64,000 bases of DNA from a virus (IMGVR_UViG_3300006104_000013:35553-99552), one strand, 5' to 3'. Positions 38,381 through 47,669 are shown, counted from the first letter of the stretch. The notes: generated by a model not told the origin, from the letters alone. Numbers and translations: made by a program.

Positions 38381-39251
38381 AGTTACGGCCCTCATTGGCG
38401 GGATGGTAAGCATCGCGGCTATCCTCGGGTTTCTTGGGTACGTTTTCTCCCCGGAAAAGCCGCTTCGGCTGATGACCCAGGTCTATGCGGATTACCAAGT
38501 CGAGAACCCTGACGGGACCATTACTGGCCGGGCTGTCGAAGTCGTCAAATGCGCTCTGGATAGCCTGGAGGTGGCATATACGATCGAGATCACGCCTGAA
38601 TCCGGGTGGCTCCATTCCCAGCTCATGGTCGAAAATGGCGAAGCGGATGGGTTCTTTGAGGCTCTGCGCGAAGACCGGCGCGACAAGTTTGCTATCCTGA
38701 CGTCAAACCTGACTCTGAACCGGACCTACTTTGTGAAGTTGAGAGACAACAAGATGGATCGGCACGACCCTAAAGTGACGTGGGTTACGAAGACCGGGTC
38801 CGGGATAAACATGCAGTTGGAGAAGATGGGTGGCACGATCACCTCTTATTCGACCAGCAACGCAGAGTCGATCCAGCAGCTCCTGGCTGGAAAGGGCGAC
38901 TTTGTCTATATGGACTTTGCCCTCTTCCGCTGGAGCGCCAAGCAGGCCGATATCCACGATAAGCTGCTCGACCAATTACCGGTGAACCCGGCGACGACAG
39001 TTGTCACGGACCTATTCGTGATGGAGCCTGGGGCGGAGCAGGGGCTTGGACTCTATCTGAGTCGGAAGTGGGCGCACGCTCACCCGGCGATGATCGAGAG
39101 GATCAACAGCGCCATTACGTCATGCCGCCAGAACAAAGAATTTTCCTACGACTTCCCACCTTTCCGCGCACCGCGCATGAGGAGGAAGTCAGATGATATG
39201 GAGGAAGAGATATGGGCCTCACTCCCCTTAGCCTCGCCGGTCGGCTTATAG
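38358..39251 (+). CDS. membrane-anchored periplasmic substrate-binding protein (SBP_bac_3 / PBP2-like)
   Basis: TM helix; Y..Y....DG..TG..VEVV, W....VENGEADG, LLAGKGDFVYMD motifs. Confidence 0.7.
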   Translation: MRFLTKHEVTALIGGMVSIAAILGFLGYVFSPEKPLRLMTQVYADYQVENPDGTITGRAVEVVKCALDSLEVAYTIEITPESGWLHSQLMVENGEADGFFEALREDRRDKFAILTSNLTLNRTYFVKLRDNKMDRHDPKVTWVTKTGSGINMQLEKMGGTITSYSTSNAESIQQLLAGKGDFVYMDFALFRWSAKQADIHDKLLDQLPVNPATTVVTDLFVMEPGAEQGLGLYLSRKWAHAHPAMIERINSAITSCRQNKEFSYDFPPFRAPRMRRKSDDMEEEIWASLPLASPVGL

Positions 39252-39424
39252 CCAAGGGCAAGCAGATCCAGGACGGAGACTGCTCTGGACACATCTGCGG
39301 TGACAGGGAAATCCTGTTCCTGCTCAAAGAGGCAGCCGAGGTCCTGATCAAGCAAGAGCAGGACCTGCTAACGATGACTCAGAATTTTTACGAAATCGCC
39401 GATACCATAGACTTCGGACAATGA
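39212..39424 (+). CDS. hypothetical protein
   Basis: ORF with purine-rich RBS filling the gap. Confidence 0.45.
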   Translation: MGLTPLSLAGRLIAKGKQIQDGDCSGHICGDREILFLLKEAAEVLIKQEQDLLTMTQNFYEIADTIDFGQ

Positions 39425-39436
39425 AAGGCCCGGACC

Positions 39437-40042
39437 ATGAAAATAGCTGGTTTTTTTGCTGCTGTGTTTGCTGCCGTCATTGGTGGAAGCGTTTTTGTCG
39501 GCTGTTCGGCCCATGCCGACGGGTATAGCAACACTGCTTACATGGAGTACAACTATACCGACGGGTTCGACTCCAAGCCGAACGTCGAGGGGTACACCGC
39601 CGAGTGGTTCCACGTCCTCTGCCCAAACCTTGTCGTTGGCGCAAAGACATCCTGGTCCCAGAGTCAATACAATGGCAAGAAGGCAGGTTCGACGGCCGAG
39701 GTGGTCGCCATACAGGTGATCCCCAGCATTGCCATTGCAGATAACATCAAAGGGTATGTGACCATCGAGGGTGGGGACCGGTATAGCAACCAGGATGCTT
39801 TCGTTTATGGCTCGCTGGAGCCCGGCGTAAAGGTCACGGTCAGCCCGACATGGGCCATCCAAACCGGCGTTCGGTATCGTGATGATATCCAGAACTCGAT
39901 CCCGTACCAGACATGGACGGTGCGTGATACGCTGCTCTGGACTGCGAACGAGCGGTCCACATGGGGACTCCGCCACGACTATATTTTCGGGGCATCGAAC
40001 CAGGGCCACGGCATCAACCTAACCTATGGGTATAAATTCTGA
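39437..40042 (+). CDS. outer-membrane beta-barrel protein
   Basis: Signal peptide (..AHA), alternating beta strands, C-terminal beta-signal LTYGYKF. Confidence 0.75.
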   Translation: MKIAGFFAAVFAAVIGGSVFVGCSAHADGYSNTAYMEYNYTDGFDSKPNVEGYTAEWFHVLCPNLVVGAKTSWSQSQYNGKKAGSTAEVVAIQVIPSIAIADNIKGYVTIEGGDRYSNQDAFVYGSLEPGVKVTVSPTWAIQTGVRYRDDIQNSIPYQTWTVRDTLLWTANERSTWGLRHDYIFGASNQGHGINLTYGYKF

Positions 40043-40081
40043 TGGAAAACGAAGCCTACAATTGGGTTTTGGCCGGGTTTG

Positions 40082-40678
40082 TCACGGGCGCTCTGATCTG
40101 GCTGGTGATATGGGTTGTCTTTCGGGAGTAGAATCCGGAATATGGGCCCATGACTTACCATTCCTTATTTTCCAGAAGGTGGAGTCGCTCAGGCCGAGAA
40201 TCCTTGACAACTGGAGGTTGGTAACTCCCATGGCCATCACCTCTTTTATCGCGACGACTTGATCTGCTGTTAGCTTGCTGCTGACATGATCGTCACCGCG
40301 ATCGGAAGCTATTCCAGTTTTCCATTGGAGCTCCGAGTTCTCTCTCCGAGTAACCCACTCAAGATTCGACGGAACATTGTCAACCTTGACTCCATTGATG
40401 TGGTTTACGGTGAGGTCTGGGGAGAACCCTTCTACAAAGGCTGACGCCACGAGCCTATGGACAAGGTGTTTAACTCTTTTCCCATCGTGCTTTGTCGATA
40501 TGACGAGGTATCCATGGCTACCGGTGTACGGAGACAGCACCCGTTCCGGTCGTACCTGGACGTTATCAGCCCCGCAACGGGTCGATCGCACAATCCTTCT
40601 TATAGCCTTCACTCTTCCAAACGAAGAGACTTCGAGGTATTGTTCGAGCCCATGAGCTGGCCGCCATTCTTCTTCCAT
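40082..40678 (-). CDS. NUMOD4-HNH homing endonuclease
   Basis: EEWRP..G....EVSSFGRV; VHRLVA.AF...VNHINGVKVDN..NLEWVT..EN. Confidence 0.9.
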   Translation of the reverse strand: MEEEWRPAHGLEQYLEVSSFGRVKAIRRIVRSTRCGADNVQVRPERVLSPYTGSHGYLVISTKHDGKRVKHLVHRLVASAFVEGFSPDLTVNHINGVKVDNVPSNLEWVTRRENSELQWKTGIASDRGDDHVSSKLTADQVVAIKEVMAMGVTNLQLSRILGLSDSTFWKIRNGKSWAHIPDSTPERQPISPARSERP

Positions 40679-40754
40679 TGTGCTGGCTCCGTGTATGCGT
40701 GTTTTTTATGTATGGGGCAATACCTCACTCATGTCAATCGGGGGGAGAGCAAAA

Positions 40755-41192
40755 ATGGAGCTTTCTGATAATGGCAAAGAATTTATCAAATCTTTTGAGA
40801 CCAGACAGTCTGTTGGGTATCTTCCCACTCCAAATGATGTTCCCAGCGCTGGATATGGCCATACCGGTCCTGATGTCGAGCTGGGGGTTGCTTACTGCGA
40901 CGAGCAGATTGACTCGTGGTTCAATGCGGACGTTGCTTGGGCTGTCGCCGCCGTCAACAAACACGTCGGCGTCCCGCTGACTCAGAATCAGTTCGATGCC
41001 TTGGTGTCGATCTGCTTCAACATCGGACAAGGCAATTTCGACAGCTCGACTCTGCTGAAGGATCTGGACGAGGGCGATTATACCGATGCGGCCGCTCAGT
41101 TCTTGGTCTGGGATAAGCAGCGAGGCACAGTCCTGCGCGGCCTGGAGCGCCGCCGGGAGGCCGAGCAAACCCTGTTCGAGACGGCGGCATGA
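40755..41192 (+). CDS. endolysin, GH24 lysozyme
   Basis: IKSFE...Y...DVP.AGYGHTG, LTQNQFDALVS..FNIG, GL.RRR.AE..LF. Confidence 0.92.
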   Translation: MELSDNGKEFIKSFETRQSVGYLPTPNDVPSAGYGHTGPDVELGVAYCDEQIDSWFNADVAWAVAAVNKHVGVPLTQNQFDALVSICFNIGQGNFDSSTLLKDLDEGDYTDAAAQFLVWDKQRGTVLRGLERRREAEQTLFETAA

Positions 41193-41425
41193 CGTTGAAC
41201 GAGCACCGCCTCTCCATCGCCCGGTACGTCTTGGGCGCGACTCTGTTTATCGACTCTGTCGGGCTCGCCCTCGTCAAAATCATCGACTGGGCGACGCTTC
41301 CCGGCCCGGAGGCTGGGATTGTGTCTTCGGTTATCACCGCAGCCATGACCAGCAGCTCCGGTCTTTCGGCGGCTGTCGTTGGGTACTATTTCTCAGCCAG
41401 TCCTCCCCCGGAGAAACCGCAATGA
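41189..41425 (+). CDS. holin
   Basis: Two TM segments, AVVGYYFS motif, between lysin and spanin. Confidence 0.7.
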   Translation: MTLNEHRLSIARYVLGATLFIDSVGLALVKIIDWATLPGPEAGIVSSVITAAMTSSSGLSAAVVGYYFSASPPPEKPQ

Positions 41426-41979
41426 ACCCATACCTGATTATCGGAGCCCTTGTGGGCTTCATCGCCGTTGCCATCGGCTCCTTCACATACGGCCAGCACG
41501 TCGAAAACCTGTCATGGGAGGCCACCGTCGGCGAGCAGAAGGCCCAGGCCGCGACTCTCCAGACTCGCCTGACCGCCGCCGTGTCCGAAAAGGACCGGTC
41601 GAATGCGCAACATACCCTCGAACTGGATCAAGAACATGACGCACACCAGAAAGCCATATCTGCTGCTGCCGCTGATAACCAGCGCCTGCTTGCTATCATT
41701 GACAGCCTGCGGAACCCCGTCCCAGGACATCGGGATAGTCGTTCAGTCCCCGTGTCCAAAGTCTCCGCCGGTTCCGGCCCTACTGCGAACGGAAGCCCCG
41801 ACTCAGGACAACCAGCAAGCTGTCAAAGCCTACTTATTGAAGGTGCAGACCTTCTTGGTCGGATCAGCGCAGCCGCAGACGACAACGCCGAATACGACCG
41901 AGTAGCCCATGACTTCGCGGCCGAGGTTGATAAGTCCACCTCATCTCCAACGGAGGCGACAAATGAACTGGTTCAATAG
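41422..41979 (+). CDS. i-spanin (Rz-like)
   Basis: N-terminal TM then coiled coil. Confidence 0.75.
   Translation: MNPYLIIGALVGFIAVAIGSFTYGQHVENLSWEATVGEQKAQAATLQTRLTAAVSEKDRSNAQHTLELDQEHDAHQKAISAAAADNQRLLAIIDSLRNPVPGHRDSRSVPVSKVSAGSGPTANGSPDSGQPASCQSLLIEGADLLGRISAAADDNAEYDRVAHDFAAEVDKSTSSPTEATNELVQ
41636..41905 (+). CDS. o-spanin (Rz1-like lipoprotein) embedded in +1 frame
   Basis: Lipobox LSLTAC, Pro-rich PCPKSPPVPA. Confidence 0.75.
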   Translation: MTHTRKPYLLLPLITSACLLSLTACGTPSQDIGIVVQSPCPKSPPVPALLRTEAPTQDNQQAVKAYLLKVQTFLVGSAQPQTTTPNTTE

Positions 41980-42322
41980 CATCATCCACAAACAGGAGTC
42001 TAACGTGACGACCGATACATCCCTGACCACCACCTCGACACCGGCACTGACATCCGATCAGGTGGCCGCCATGCCGACTCCGATCCAGACCCAGGCCGTC
42101 CAGAGTCACTTGGCCATGGCCGAGGCCAATCTGATCGCCGCCGCCGATAACCTGAAGATGTTCGTCGAAGGCGAATACGCGGCAGCCAAGGCGCAGTTCG
42201 AGGCCCAATGGAACGCCGCCAAGGCCGAGAAAACGAAGCTGGTGGAGGACGCCGAAGCAGAATTGGCCAAGGCCCATTCATGGCTGTCGAACGAAATCGC
42301 CAAGGTGAAGGCGCTGCTGTAG
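41963..42322 (+). CDS. hypothetical protein
   Basis: RBS GGAGG; helical Ala-rich ORF. Confidence 0.65.
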   Translation: MNWFNSIIHKQESNVTTDTSLTTTSTPALTSDQVAAMPTPIQTQAVQSHLAMAEANLIAAADNLKMFVEGEYAAAKAQFEAQWNAAKAEKTKLVEDAEAELAKAHSWLSNEIAKVKALL

Positions 42323-42495
42323 TGGTGTCGTCGGTGCAAGTCTCGCCGGGGAAGATTCTAAGGCGCGTTGCTAGGTACGAGATCGAAAACGGACTCATTC
42401 CTGATTTAGTCGTTGAGGGATTTGATCCGTTTACGGACACTTGCTTGGCGATTGTTGCCGAAAAACAACCGGAACAAACGCGCACTAAAAAATAG

Positions 42496-42596
42496 TTGAC
42501 CTGGGTTACGCCGTGGGTTACACAACACCCATCTTGTACCGACCCTGAACAAGACTTGACCCCCAGCCGAATGGAATCGGTGGGGGTCTTTTTTTA
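42496..42596 (+). ncRNA. promoter + candidate small RNA + intrinsic terminator
   Basis: TTGACC-17-TACACA; hairpin TCTTGT..ACAAGA; GACCCCCA..TGGGGGTC followed by T7. Confidence 0.5.
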
Positions 42597-43295
42597 CCAG
42601 CGCTTCAGGGGTCGGCGGGGGATTTTCATGGGGTCCATGTTCCATGCCGTGAGCTCCTCTACGGTCCACCCCAGAAACTCGTGCAGGGTAACTTTTGTGG
42701 CCCCGATCACCCCACCGACACGCATCCAGTTGCATGTCGCATTTTCCAGCTGCTGCTTTGTCGGCGGACTCGCATGGATCAGGACTCCGTCATGGAATTC
42801 GATCGATCCGGGGTTTTCCTTCATATACTGGTTCAGTTCGTTGATGACCCAGTCGATGGACTGTTCGTCAGAAACCAAACCAGCCCCTTCGTCGCGGCCC
42901 CATTCCTTGTCACCATAGATGGAAACAAGATGGGCAACCGTGGCCTTCGATATGAAGACCTCGCCGTCCCGCTGTGCCGCGCTGATGGGAATGCTGTTCA
43001 TGGGGCGAAGATCATGGAGCCCACCGACACCGCGACCGATGACGAAGCGGAATAACGGACTGCAATCATTGGTGTTGGTCTGCGGAACTGGGGTATAGAT
43101 GCAATGCCGCTGGGCCTTGTAAGGAATCTCCTCCTCTTCCTGTGGGGTCAGGGGTCTGATGACCATATTATCGCCCCGATCCTCGATATAGACTCTTCCG
43201 TTCCCCAGGAATTCGTATTCCTCTGAAGATAGACCGAAGGAAGCCTTAGCGACCCTCCCATCTTTGCACTTAACATTGTGAACTGAAAACTGCAT
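42594..43295 (-). CDS. hypothetical protein
   Basis: 233-aa ORF with RBS, last gene of leftward operon. Confidence 0.65.
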   Translation of the reverse strand: MQFSVHNVKCKDGRVAKASFGLSSEEYEFLGNGRVYIEDRGDNMVIRPLTPQEEEEIPYKAQRHCIYTPVPQTNTNDCSPLFRFVIGRGVGGLHDLRPMNSIPISAAQRDGEVFISKATVAHLVSIYGDKEWGRDEGAGLVSDEQSIDWVINELNQYMKENPGSIEFHDGVLIHASPPTKQQLENATCNWMRVGGVIGATKVTLHEFLGWTVEELTAWNMDPMKIPRRPLKRW

Positions 43296-43306
43296 CTTAC
43301 CTTCTC

Positions 43307-43702
43307 CTAAAAAGGGATCGAATCGTCCAAATCATCCGGCGGAACATAGGGCTTCGACTCCCGCTTGGGTTCCGAAGCGGCCCCATCCTTGGACCCCAGG
43401 CCCAGGTCCTCGACGTTATTGACGTTGACCGAAATGACGCAGGCCGTGGTGCCATCCTTCTTCTGATAGGAGTCAGCCGTCGCGACTCCGGTGACGGAGA
43501 CGAAGGCCCCCTTCTTCAGCTTGTCGATCAGCTTCTTGCCGCGATCGCCCCACATGGCGCATTTGATCCATTCGGTATGCTCGCGTTCCCCGAAGCCCGT
43601 CTTATTGGCCACGGTGAAATTCACGACATACTTTCCAGAGACCTCCCGGCCCTCGGCGTCCCCACCGAGGCGTCCGGAGAAGACAAAGCAGTTCATACTC
43701 AT
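43307..43702 (-). CDS. ssb: single-stranded DNA-binding protein
   Basis: N....GRLG.DAE, F.VA, TEWI.C..WG, LKKG, C-term DDSIPF. Confidence 0.95.
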   Translation of the reverse strand: MSMNCFVFSGRLGGDAEGREVSGKYVVNFTVANKTGFGEREHTEWIKCAMWGDRGKKLIDKLKKGAFVSVTGVATADSYQKKDGTTACVISVNVNNVEDLGLGSKDGAASEPKRESKPYVPPDDLDDSIPF

Positions 43703-44031
43703 CCTTCATTCTCCCAAAAATGCCGGTACGGACTATTCCGCGCCAGAAACTCACAAATTCGGCTGCAATCGATGCCGTGCCGACGCTCAAATTTTTCCCG
43801 ACCCTGGTGGATCTCCGAGTGGTGCTCCATGCAAAGGGGAATTGTCCATTTGTCCATCGGCTTCATCCCGGTTCCGCCCCGCTCATGGAACGGGACGTCA
43901 GGATCGTCTCTCAGGTGGTGCGGCACGACGGTGTGGTCATTGCAGCACCCCATCACGGAGCATTGGCGGTCCGCCACCCACCGGGTATGCGGCTCACACA
44001 CCCACCCAGGATGCTTATTCTTTCTCGACAA
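43699..44031 (-). CDS. DUF968-like putative nuclease
   Basis: C..C...HH...GGTGMKP.D..TIPLC..HH..IH. Confidence 0.75.
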   Translation of the reverse strand: MSRKNKHPGWVCEPHTRWVADRQCSVMGCCNDHTVVPHHLRDDPDVPFHERGGTGMKPMDKWTIPLCMEHHSEIHQGREKFERRHGIDCSRICEFLARNSPYRHFWENEG

Positions 44032-44794
44032 CCTCCACGGCCTCCGCTTCGATCAGGTCCTTGTCGTTGAGCATGGTCGTTTCGATCCGCTCGACCTCGT
44101 TGTGGACGTCCTTCATCTCCTCGGCGATGGCCAGACCACACAGAACGTCGGCGAACCCGTCACGGATAGCCCACGACCGCGCCCGCGCCTGGAGCATTTT
44201 CTGTGGGTACAGAATCCACGGCTGCTTTTTGGGGTTCACCCAGAGATTGGCCCGCTTGGCGTCCTCCACCGAGAACTTCTGGTGGTATGCCACTTTCTGG
44301 CCCTTCCGGCGCATTTCGCAGTGGGCCGTCCATTCAGGGCTCATCGGAGCGCCTTCCCACCATTCCCGCATCCACTCCAGTTGCCCGCTGGCCTGGACCA
44401 GCGCGATAGCGGAGTCCCCCCAGATCGAATACCGGTTATTGATGATCATAATGTTGGACAGGGCCGTCATCGGCGGGAGTCCGACTTCGAGCCCCTTCAG
44501 GATGCCGCCGGTGATCCGTGCGATCTGTTGGCTGGTGTCGAAATTACCGTTCGTATAGGAGTCCGGGACAACCCCTGACAGCAACATGCCGTGGGCGAGG
44601 CGCTGGGCCTCTTCTATGGTGCGCGGGATGATCGCGTGGACATCGGTGCCAACGACCAACTCAGCCCGCTGTGGCGGGTTCTTTGCCGGGTCAGCGATGA
44701 CGACCTGCTTCGACTTGATCTGTTCGGCCAGCTCCTCGGCAGTCATAACGATTGCCTCGAGAGATTCGGTCTTGTCTTCGGTCTTGGTTTCCAT
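44015..44794 (-). CDS. RecT-like ssDNA annealing protein
   Basis: GLEVGL.PM.AL.NI.IIN.R.SIWGD, FS.EDAKRA.LW, PW..YP.KML..RAR.WAIRD.FADVL.G. Confidence 0.8.
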   Translation of the reverse strand: METKTEDKTESLEAIVMTAEELAEQIKSKQVVIADPAKNPPQRAELVVGTDVHAIIPRTIEEAQRLAHGMLLSGVVPDSYTNGNFDTSQQIARITGGILKGLEVGLPPMTALSNIMIINNRYSIWGDSAIALVQASGQLEWMREWWEGAPMSPEWTAHCEMRRKGQKVAYHQKFSVEDAKRANLWVNPKKQPWILYPQKMLQARARSWAIRDGFADVLCGLAIAEEMKDVHNEVERIETTMLNDKDLIEAEAVEVVEKE

Positions 44795-44807
44795 TTTCGA
44801 TCCCTTT

Positions 44808-45170
44808 CTATTTGGTCCCCACCATGAAGGACGGCGGCATGGGGATTTTCCGATCATGCGGCCGCCAGAGGTGGAGGCAGTTCGGATGGCAATTGATGTG
44901 GTCGGCGGGCGGGACGTGCAGTTGCATGGCCGTCTCGTCGTCCTTGAAGAAGAGTCGCTTCACCGCTTCCATTTCGTCCCAGGTCGGGCAGCTATCTTCC
45001 TTTGAGACGGAGACGTGATCCCATCCTTCCCCGGCGGAGGCGATGACCCGGACATCGATCCCATTCACCAGCAGCGAGAACACCCCACAGCTATGGTCCC
45101 CGTCGGTCCCGTAGAAGCGGCGCTCGACGGCTGTGTTTCGATAAATATCCAGCAGGTTCAGGTTGCGCAT
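44808..45170 (-). CDS. conserved phage protein
   Basis: GWDHVSVS...CPTWDEM..VK.LFF..HINCHPNCLHLWRP. Confidence 0.8.
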   Translation of the reverse strand: MRNLNLLDIYRNTAVERRFYGTDGDHSCGVFSLLVNGIDVRVIASAGEGWDHVSVSKEDSCPTWDEMEAVKRLFFKDDETAMQLHVPPADHINCHPNCLHLWRPHDRKIPMPPSFMVGTK

Positions 45171-45173
45171 TTT

Positions 45174-46286
45174 TTACTCCGTCGCATAAACAGGGAATTG
45201 TTGGTCGTCAAAATCGTCGATATCGAAGATGTCGATCCAAGGCACGTCTGGCCCGAAGGTCTTCATCATCTCGTCAAACTTGGCGATGCCCTGGCGCATT
45301 TCCATTTGGCCGATCTGGTACATGGATTTGCGCGGGAACCGGAAGGCGCGAGTCACAGGGGCGCTGCCGGTCATCTGAAAGACGAAGATGAAATCGATGG
45401 GGTCTGACAGTTTGGAGAAGGCCCTGACCCAGCGCGGGTCCGGGTTCCCTTGAAAAATCCCCTGACGAATGAAGGACCGAGCGATAGCCCCGGCGTCCAT
45501 ATAGGCGGCGGCCTGAATGTGGTATTTGTAGGACGCCATGCTGGAATAGATGGCCCTGTCCACCGGCTTATTCATCGGGTTTGAAAAGCTCTTCAGATCG
45601 ACCATCTGACGCAGCTTCAGGTAATCGATGCGGTGCTTGAGTCGGACTCCGGTCGCCGGATCAGTGTGAAGGATCGTCACCTCCGGATACCCGTCACGGA
45701 AGCACTGCGAAATATCCGGGTGCTTCTCGATCATCGCGGCGGCGATCTGGATTCGGCTGATCTGCTTTGCCGAAATCTGGACCAGGCCTTCATTTTCGAT
45801 GGCGTAATCGGCCACGATGCGATCCCAGATTTGAGCGGACGGATCATGCAGATAGATCAGGTTTGCCAGCTCGGGCTTTGATGTCGAGGACTTAAATCCG
45901 ACTCCCATCTCGGTGAGTTTGGTTTTCATGTGCTCGGCCGTCACCAGAGCGTCCGGGTAATCGGCCTTGTCCAGATTCGCAACGAACATGTCGTCGAATT
46001 TTTCCTGACCCTCCAGGATGCGGTAGCCATATGCCCGGCCCAAGATTTTGGCGTCGGTATCGGTGTCCTCTTCATCCTTCATCGGGTTCATCCAGGAGCT
46101 GGCCCAGAAGTGCATGTTCGACACGCGCAGGGCCTTGATGCCGCTGACCGACAGACGGTGGAGCCCGTGATAAACGTCTTCATCCAGGTTAAAATAGACT
46201 CCGTCATCCATGATGCTTGGATGTGGGTATCGATAGGCCACAGCCTCGTGTTTTTGGGTAAGTTCAGGATAGTCCATTTTTTCCAA
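45174..46286 (-). CDS. exonuclease VIII-like PD-(D/E)XK nuclease
   Basis: YH...LS.SGIK, PEV, K.RID...DLKS, YHIQAAAY; start TTG 46286 or ATG 46277. Confidence 0.8.
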   Translation of the reverse strand: MEKMDYPELTQKHEAVAYRYPHPSIMDDGVYFNLDEDVYHGLHRLSVSGIKALRVSNMHFWASSWMNPMKDEEDTDTDAKILGRAYGYRILEGQEKFDDMFVANLDKADYPDALVTAEHMKTKLTEMGVGFKSSTSKPELANLIYLHDPSAQIWDRIVADYAIENEGLVQISAKQISRIQIAAAMIEKHPDISQCFRDGYPEVTILHTDPATGVRLKHRIDYLKLRQMVDLKSFSNPMNKPVDRAIYSSMASYKYHIQAAAYMDAGAIARSFIRQGIFQGNPDPRWVRAFSKLSDPIDFIFVFQMTGSAPVTRAFRFPRKSMYQIGQMEMRQGIAKFDEMMKTFGPDVPWIDIFDIDDFDDQQFPVYATE

Positions 46287-46518
46287 TTATCCCCGCTGCA
46301 ACGATTTTTTTCAGGTAAGACGGTGCTGTAGGGGCGACCATCTCGACGAATTCTTCCTGCCCGTAGATCAGAGACCACTTTATTCCCCAGCAGGTCCGAC
46401 CTTCCCTTCGACACGGAGGTCCGCGCATATCTGGGAGAGGGCCACACCTAGGACACGCCCTAGTTCCGTCTCTACGTTTTGATTTGAGGTGTTTTCCGCA
46501 TTTAGGACAGGACGCCAT
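46264..46518 (-). CDS. small Zn-ribbon protein
   Basis: CPKC...CPRC; RBS GGAGG. Confidence 0.6.
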   Translation of the reverse strand: MASCPKCGKHLKSKRRDGTRACPRCGPLPDMRGPPCRREGRTCWGIKWSLIYGQEEFVEMVAPTAPSYLKKIVAAGIIGKNGLS

Positions 46519-46678
46519 GTTGGCCTCCTGGGTGGAGTTTGGGGACAAGGGCCTTCGCCCGGACTCCTTGGTCCTTGTCCCCGTCCCCTAATCTTGTGCG
46601 AAGCACAACAGACGAGCGAATGCGAGTCTGTATTAGGCCGCTCCCCTGGAGTGTCGGGCAGAGGGTTACAGCCGAATT
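46519..46678 (-). ncRNA. structured intergenic RNA element, copy B
   Basis: Multi-branch fold; shares GTAACCYTCTGCC-N5-CYCYAGRGGAGCGRC with copy A. Confidence 0.5.
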
Positions 46679-46682
46679 CATA

Positions 46683-47057
46683 TTACTTCCCTTCCGCCGG
46701 TTTGCCAAACATTGTTGCCAATGTTCCCATCAATTTATCAGGGATGGCAATCAGGCTGGACGGCAGCCCATGTATGGTAACTGTCGGCGGCGTGAACACC
46801 TTCATCAAAGGTTTCCACCAGATGGCCGCCAAGATGGCGAGAAGCACCACCATGGAGATTTGTGTCCCGGCGAAGAAGTGAACCCCAGCCACCGATTCGA
46901 TGTATGCCAAGTTACTCGGTTCAAGCTCTTTCCCGGACATGATGCCAGATCCGAGAGCGGCGACCGGTGTGATAATGGCATTTACCCACCCGTGAATGAA
47001 AAAGGCGACAACAGATAAAGCCGTCCGCCAAAGGTATCCGTGTAATTTGTCCATCAT
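46683..47057 (-). CDS. membrane protein
   Basis: Hydrophobic segments; RBS AAGGAAAG. Confidence 0.6.
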   Translation of the reverse strand: MMDKLHGYLWRTALSVVAFFIHGWVNAIITPVAALGSGIMSGKELEPSNLAYIESVAGVHFFAGTQISMVVLLAILAAIWWKPLMKVFTPPTVTIHGLPSSLIAIPDKLMGTLATMFGKPAEGK

Positions 47058-47067
47058 ACTTTCCTTA

Positions 47068-47242
47068 AAATCCGAGGATTTAGCCGTTGCATGGTTCACC
47101 GTATAGTCCCCACCCAAACAACGGCCGCCTCCGCATTCGCAGATGAATTTCCGAGAATTGAATAACAATTGTGAATGCAATTGTTTTCTCAAGTCTCGGA
47201 GTCGCTCCTCTAGGGTATTCGGCAGAAGGTTACGACGCGAAT
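47068..47242 (-). ncRNA. structured intergenic RNA element, copy A
   Basis: Four-helix junction incl. long hairpin 47150-47200; shared 5' motif with copy B. Confidence 0.5.
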
Positions 47243-47243
47243 A

Positions 47244-47669
47244 TTAGCCTTCAATCACCGGAGCGTTATTGAAGGACAGGGTTTTGATGTCGTCAGGAAC
47301 ATCCGCCAGCAGAGTCTTGCGCAGTTCTTCCTGCTTCCGGCGCTTTTCAGCCGACTTGATCTTCTGAATGGCGTCTTCTTCGACGGCGAGAACATTTTGG
47401 TAAGGGACTTGATCAACCTTGGAGATGACCCATTCCAAGATGGTCGAGGATTCCAAATCGACGTCAATATCGACTTCCTTCACCTTGACCACCGTCATTT
47501 TGCAGCGGGTATCGGTGGGGATCACCACCAGATCATCCGGCTTGATCGACTTATCGAAGGTCTTAAAGATAGTGCGGGGCGCTTTGGCCTCGTCAGGATG
47601 ATCACCATAGATGCAGGCCACGGCCCGGACGTCGCTGTTGATCAGAAAAACCGCAGTAGAAAAGTTCAT
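47244..47669 (-). CDS. conserved phage protein
   Basis: FKT.D..I..DDLVV.PT...TVVKV.EVD. Confidence 0.7.
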   Translation of the reverse strand: MNFSTAVFLINSDVRAVACIYGDHPDEAKAPRTIFKTFDKSIKPDDLVVIPTDTRCKMTVVKVKEVDIDVDLESSTILEWVISKVDQVPYQNVLAVEEDAIQKIKSAEKRRKQEELRKTLLADVPDDIKTLSFNNAPVIEG

